Shown in pieces: positions 7,330-11,205 of a DNA stretch of 11,205 nucleotides. The translations under genes were made by a program, and so were the position numbers. This DNA is from an uncultured bacterium (lineage in GTDB: Bacteria > Krumholzibacteriota > Krumholzibacteriia > Krumholzibacteriales > Krumholzibacteriaceae): the NCBI GenBank assembly GCA_965371515.1, contig CBDUYR010000070.1:1-11205 (forward strand), read 5' to 3'. Each line of letters begins with the position of its first letter. The first letter of the stretch is position 1. The notes under the pieces are model-generated. The model did not search any database and was not told the origin of the DNA. It worked only from the letters and a program-made list of their open reading frames with translations.

Positions 7330-9051
7330 ATGATCCCGCCCCTTCCCGAATCACTGGTAAGAAACGTCGTGTATCCCTTATACAGGGGATTCCGCAAGGA
7401 CAGGGTCCTCGATATCCTCGACGAGCTCGAACACAACCAGTTTCTTCCCGAGAGAGAGATAGAGGATCTGAAGTGGCGCAAGCTGTCCGTTCTGCTCGAA
7501 GCGGCCGGATCCCACGTTCCGTATTACAGAGATCTCTTCGAGCGCGAGGGGATCGACCCGGCCTCCTTCGAGAGCCCGGCGGACATGGTGGCAATACCAT
7601 TTCTGACGAAGGAGATAATCCGGAGCGAGAAAAGGAAGCTGATCTCGAAAGACCCTCTGCGCAGAGGATATCCCTCGAGCACGGGAGGATCGACGGGGGA
7701 GCCGCTCCATTTCTGGTGCGACACCGCCGCCGGCCCGGTGCGCCGTGCGACCACGATGAGGGGGTACCGCTGGACTGGATTCGACATAGGCGGAAGGCAG
7801 GCGATGCTGTGGGGATTCCATCTCGACAGGCCGTTGAAGGAGCGGATCTCCGAGGGCGCGAAGAACTTTTTCAACAACATCATGACCCTTTCCTCGTTCG
7901 ACATGACCCCGGAGATGATGAGGAGATACGCGGTGAGGCTCAGGCGGTTCAGGCCGTCCATCGTGATCGGCTACCCTTCCGCGCTGACGGCCTTTTCCGA
8001 ATTCTGCCGGGGCGCGGGCGTCCGCCTGCCCTCCCTGAAGGCCGTGGTAACGGGAGGCGAGAGGCTCTTTCCGCATCAGAGGGACCTGATCGAGGAGGCC
8101 TTCCACGCCGACGTGTTCGACCGCTACGGAAGCAGGGAATTTTCCGCCGTCGCGCACGAATGTTCCGAGCACAAGGGACTGCATGTTTTCAACGACCTCT
8201 TTCACGTCGAGGTCATCCACGAAAGCGGGCGCGCGGCGCAGAGCGGTGAAATAGGGGAACTGGTCATCACCGACCTTTCCAATCTTTACATGCCGTTCAT
8301 AAGGTACAGGACGGGCGATCTTGCCATGCCGACTGAAAGGAAGTGCCCGTGCGGCAGGGGGCTCCCACTGCTCGAGAGGATAGAGGGACGCTCATTCGAC
8401 TCGATCGTCACTCCCGAGGGAAAGAAGGTAGGCGGCTTCTTCTGGACCTGGCTGTCCAGGGCCGTACCCGGCATCGACAGGTTCCAGATCGAGCAGAGAG
8501 ACAGGGCCGGCATCATCTTTCGTATTGTTCCGGGCGAGGGATGGCGGGACGATCATATGGAGGTCCTCGCCGGAAAGATACGCGAGAACTGCTGCGAGGA
8601 TTTCAGGATCGATTTCCAGGTGGTCGACGACATCCCGCTGACGCCGGCGGGAAAGGCGAAATTCATCATCTCGAACATCGAGGAGAGGCTCGTCATCAAA
8701 TCGAAGATCCACAAGGCTCACATAAGCGGCGACGCACCGGAGGAGAACGACTGCCTGCGGATCGATGCGAAGCTTTTGGAACTGGGCAACGTGGCGGTGT
8801 TCGAGAAGATCCTCATAGTCAACGCCACGAGCGGGGCCAGGCTGGAGACCTTCGCACTCGAAGCGGAGAGCGGAAGCGGGGACATCATCGCCTGCGGGGC
8901 GGTTTCGAGGCTCTGCAGGCCTGGAGACGAGATAAGCGTCATGGCATTCACCTGGTCGACCGGGGAATCGGGCGATTTCAGCAACATCCTGGTCGATGAG
9001 GAGAACAGGTTCGTCAGATACCTTACCGAGAAGGCAGGCGACAGGATCTGA
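7330..9051 (+). CDS. PaaK/CapK-like adenylate-forming ligase (aa 1-450) fused to a degenerate PanD-like domain (aa 451-573)
   Basis: ANL-family motifs [28 protein letters not shown] and TPAGKAK. From 8680 the protein aligns without gaps to aspartate 1-decarboxylase (KSKIHKA...IDAKLL...SGARLETF...GSG...GA...PGDEI). No stop or separate start at the junction. Confidence 0.9.
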   Translation: MIPPLPESLVRNVVYPLYRGFRKDRVLDILDELEHNQFLPEREIEDLKWRKLSVLLEAAGSHVPYYRDLFEREGIDPASFESPADMVAIPFLTKEIIRSEKRKLISKDPLRRGYPSSTGGSTGEPLHFWCDTAAGPVRRATTMRGYRWTGFDIGGRQAMLWGFHLDRPLKERISEGAKNFFNNIMTLSSFDMTPEMMRRYAVRLRRFRPSIVIGYPSALTAFSEFCRGAGVRLPSLKAVVTGGERLFPHQRDLIEEAFHADVFDRYGSREFSAVAHECSEHKGLHVFNDLFHVEVIHESGRAAQSGEIGELVITDLSNLYMPFIRYRTGDLAMPTERKCPCGRGLPLLERIEGRSFDSIVTPEGKKVGGFFWTWLSRAVPGIDRFQIEQRDRAGIIFRIVPGEGWRDDHMEVLAGKIRENCCEDFRIDFQVVDDIPLTPAGKAKFIISNIEERLVIKSKIHKAHISGDAPEENDCLRIDAKLLELGNVAVFEKILIVNATSGARLETFALEAESGSGDIIACGAVSRLCRPGDEISVMAFTWSTGESGDFSNILVDEENRFVRYLTEKAGDRI

Positions 9052-9075
9052 GCGGCATCCAGTCCCCGAAACGGC

Positions 9076-9104
9076 TTTTCATCCCGTGGGGTTTGTACTA
9101 TATT
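9076..9104 (+). promoter_or_regulatory. Possible sigma-70-type internal promoter upstream of panD
   Basis: TTTTCA (9076-9081), 17-bp spacer, TATATT (9099-9104) in the 82-bp intergenic gap. Confidence 0.35.
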
Positions 9105-9133
9105 CCGAACGATCCTTCACAATGGACTGTTAC

Positions 9134-9481
9134 ATGAAATGTCTTCTACTTAAATCGATGATTCTCCGGGCCACCGTAACACAGGCCGATCTGCGCTATG
9201 TGGGAAGCATCACGATAGACGAAGACCTGATCGACAGGGCCAACCTGAGCGAACACGAGAACGTGTACGTCATCGACCGCACCAACGGCCACAGGCTCCA
9301 GACCTACGTCATCAAGGGAGAGAGGGGAAGTGGTGTGATTGGGATGAACGGCGCTGCCGCCCATCTCGTAAACGAGGGCGACGAGATCGACATCATGGCT
9401 TACAGCTGGTCGTCGGGCGATGCACGTCCCATGCTGATAGAGGTCGATTCGGGCAACAGATTCAAGGGTTACGCAGGCTGA
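9134..9481 (+). CDS. panD: Aspartate 1-decarboxylase family protein (pyruvoyl-dependent), 115 aa, atypical at positions 9, 11 and 86
   Basis: Starting at ATG 9134 the numbering matches E. coli PanD exactly: [12 protein letters not shown] (G24-S25 at 9203-9208), NGHRLQTY (R54, T57, Y58), [15 protein letters not shown] (N72). The usual KSKIHRA reads KSMILRA here. Confidence 0.88.
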   Translation: MKCLLLKSMILRATVTQADLRYVGSITIDEDLIDRANLSEHENVYVIDRTNGHRLQTYVIKGERGSGVIGMNGAAAHLVNEGDEIDIMAYSWSSGDARPMLIEVDSGNRFKGYAG

Positions 9482-9497
9482 CCCGCCGGGATGATCG

Positions 9498-10643
9498 ATG
9501 TTCAATAAAAATCTCAGGCTCTTCACTCTCCAGGGTATACCGGTCGAGATCAATATCTCATGGCTCTTTGTTCTCGCGCTCGTCACGTGGTCGTTTGCCA
9601 CCGGGTTCTATCCCGAATCGTACCCGGGCCTCTTCACATCCGCGGCGAAATGGACGCTGTCGCTGCTCACCGCCCTTCTGCTCTTCACGTCGATACTCAT
9701 CCATGAGTTCAGTCATGCGATTGTTGCATCGAGGGGCGGACTGCCGATCAAGCGGATAACGCTGTTCATGTTCGGCGGCGTCGCCCAGATGGGGCACGAG
9801 GTCGACGAACCGTCGCTCGAGCTGCGCATGGCGGCGGCAGGCCCGCTGATGACCCTGGTCCTTGTCGGTGTGTTTCTGGGGGCGGCGACCCTGGCAAGGG
9901 GCGTTCCGTTCCTCTCGATCCTTTTTGGTACGGTCGGCGCGATTAACATCGGGGTATTCGTCTTCAACATGGTGCCGGGATTCCCTCTCGATGGAGGGAG
10001 GATATTGAGGGCGATCATCTGGAAGAGGACTGGCAACGTCAGGAAGGCGACACGGATCGCTACGGGAGTGGGGAAGGTCTTCGCATGGATCCTCGTGGCG
10101 GGAGGAGCCTTCAATTTTCTCGTGTACGACAACCTTGTCAGCGGAATCTGGATGGTGTTCATCGGACTCTTTCTCAGGCAGGCGGCCGCGAGGAGCTACA
10201 GGCAGATCATATGGAAGAAGTCACTGGCAGAGATGAAGATCGGAGACGTGATGCGCCGGGATATGCCGGCCATCGATCCTTCGACCGATCTCGAGACACT
10301 CGTCGAGGAGTTCTTCCTGCGTTTTCACCTGGACAGCCTGCCGGTCGTGTCAGGAGGGATGCTGCTCGGGATCGTATATCTCGATGATGTTACCGCGATA
10401 GACCGAGGCGAGTGGACCGGCATCTCCGCAGCCGATGTCGTGAGGAAGATCGATCCTTCATCGGTCGCGAGGCCGGATGATCCAGCCTGGACGCTTTTTG
10501 TCCCTCTGGTGCAGCAGGGACGCGGAATCGTACCTGTAGCCGGACCGGACGGACGTCTGGCCGGAGTGGTGACGAGAAGGGACTATTCGGCCCTCCTCGA
10601 TGTGATGTCTACTGTCGGCTCCCGACGTGCGGGCCCCGGCTGA
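9498..10643 (+). CDS. Site-2 protease (peptidase M50) with C-terminal CBS domain pair, 381 aa
   Basis: HEFSH zinc motif, LFMFGGVA, AAAGP, FNMVPGFPLDGGR and several hydrophobic segments; C-terminal IGDVM...LPVV...LLGIV...VPV...LAGVVTRRD CBS pattern. Confidence 0.93.
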   Translation: MFNKNLRLFTLQGIPVEINISWLFVLALVTWSFATGFYPESYPGLFTSAAKWTLSLLTALLLFTSILIHEFSHAIVASRGGLPIKRITLFMFGGVAQMGHEVDEPSLELRMAAAGPLMTLVLVGVFLGAATLARGVPFLSILFGTVGAINIGVFVFNMVPGFPLDGGRILRAIIWKRTGNVRKATRIATGVGKVFAWILVAGGAFNFLVYDNLVSGIWMVFIGLFLRQAAARSYRQIIWKKSLAEMKIGDVMRRDMPAIDPSTDLETLVEEFFLRFHLDSLPVVSGGMLLGIVYLDDVTAIDRGEWTGISAADVVRKIDPSSVARPDDPAWTLFVPLVQQGRGIVPVAGPDGRLAGVVTRRDYSALLDVMSTVGSRRAGPG

Positions 10644-10645
10644 TA

Positions 10646-10807
10646 TCAATCTTCGTCGTCGATCGAGGGGTCGTCCTCGAGAAGTGTTGAAACGCCGTAT
10701 TTGCTCGTCTTTTTCTCCCTGGAGCTTCTCTGCTTTAAGACTCTGTGTTCTTCCTGTGACCGCTTGTCCTTGTGTTTCGACCTGTGGGTGTTGGATCTCT
10801 TCTTCAA
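10646..10807 (-). CDS. Small hypothetical protein (53 aa) with a basic N-terminus and acidic C-terminus
   Basis: AAAGGAG RBS 8 nt upstream of TTG 10807, giving MKKRSNTHRSKHKDKRSQEEHRVLKQRSSREKKTSKYGVSTLLEDDPSIDDED. Fills an otherwise empty gap and ends 2 bp from the protease stop. Confidence 0.55.
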   Translation of the reverse strand: MKKRSNTHRSKHKDKRSQEEHRVLKQRSSREKKTSKYGVSTLLEDDPSIDDED

Positions 10808-10927
10808 CTCGGTCACTCCTTTCTCGTCCCCCGCAATAGTGAATCGCTTCCGGGAAGAACTTTGCAAGATTTATGACAAGAAGCCCAAGGGGTCCAGTTA
10901 AAAGGCGAAGGAGCTTAATTGCTTGGT

Positions 10928-10982
10928 AATAATATAAATAACGAGGGGCTCAATGGTGTTGCATGACGCCATTGAGCCCCTC
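10928..10982 (-). terminator. Probable intrinsic terminator of the minus-strand gene ending at 11048
   Basis: Hairpin 10943-10982: GAGGGGCTCAATGG pairs perfectly with CCATTGAGCCCCTC (14 bp, extendable to 17 with one mismatch or wobble). On the minus strand it is followed by GTTATTTATATTATT. Confidence 0.65.
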
Positions 10983-11047
10983 TCACCATTTTTGAGCCCT
11001 GCATTTTGAGAACCGATGAAAACAGCCCCGGTCCAGCCGGCGGGCCG

Positions 11048-11205
11048 TCAGTCTTCGGTCGGCTTCGGCCTGTTCTTTTCGAACTCGGCCCTGTCGATCT
11101 CGACGTCGAACTCGATCGACTGCCAGATCATCTCCCGGTTCTTCGAACCGTTGGCGTATGACGTCTCGTGGAACGGCACGAGGTATCCGTTGACCGAGCG
11201 GTAGT
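11048..11205 (-). CDS. C-terminus of a probable LolA-like / outer-membrane lipoprotein-sorting-type protein (truncated by the window edge, not in the ORF track)
   Basis: Manual translation gives YRSVNGYLVPFHETSYANGSKNREMIWQSIEFDVEIDRAEFEKNRPKPTED*, stop TGA at 11050-11048. The YRxVxGxxxP...EFDxxIDxxxF ending resembles that fold, and third codon positions are strongly GC-biased. Confidence 0.6.
   Translation of the reverse strand, partial: YRSVNGYLVPFHETSYANGSKNREMIWQSIEFDVEIDRAEFEKNRPKPTED

Noticed and set aside
8996..9133. 161-aa version of panD starting at 8996
   Set aside because: It overlaps the ligase gene. ATG 9134 places G24-S25 at the canonical numbering and has GGA upstream.
9052..9133. 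Structured cis-regulatory RNA (e.g. pan motif) upstream of panD
   Set aside because: Only short stems (CCG-AAA-CGG, CCCC/GGGG) are visible. This cannot be supported without an Rfam/Infernal search.
9134..9481. panD as a decaying pseudogene (K9M and H11L are each one base from the canonical codons)
   Set aside because: The frame and all other catalytic motifs are intact, and the losses mirror what the fused copy retains. Simple decay is less parsimonious but cannot be fully excluded.
10863..10879. TTGTCAT-AAATC-TTGCA on the minus strand as a second sigma-54 promoter for the small ORF
   Set aside because: Spacing fits, but the near-invariant GG at -24 is GT.
11016..11204. 62-aa plus-strand ORF at the right edge
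   Set aside because: The minus-strand frame ending at 11048 has better codon bias, a recognisable C-terminal pattern and a downstream terminator.

Overview
GC-rich bacterial window with about 12 protein-coding genes and no recognisable RNA genes, CRISPR arrays or mobile elements. In order: (1) the 3' end of an LVIVD-repeat protein made of near-identical 126-bp tandem repeats; (2) a minus-strand, translationally coupled operon of an SPFH/band-7 + zinc-ribbon protein (YdjI-like) and three zinc-ribbon proteins (YdjG-like), preceded by a near-consensus sigma-54 promoter; (3) a divergent plus-strand cluster of a GT4 glycosyltransferase, a polysaccharide deacetylase, a PaaK/CapK-like adenylate-forming ligase fused to a degenerate PanD domain, a stand-alone panD and a site-2 protease with CBS domains; (4) a small charged ORF, a terminator hairpin and the C-terminus of a probable LolA-like protein. 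The main finding is the PanD pair, which shows reciprocal loss of active-site residues. The fused copy keeps Lys9/His11/Arg54 but has lost Gly24-Ser25/Tyr58/Asn72, while the stand-alone copy keeps Gly24-Ser25/Tyr58/Asn72 but has lost Lys9/His11. This suggests an obligate heteromeric pyruvoyl decarboxylase tethered to a ligase in a glycan-modification pathway (inference, untested). All family calls come from motif recognition; no database search was run.
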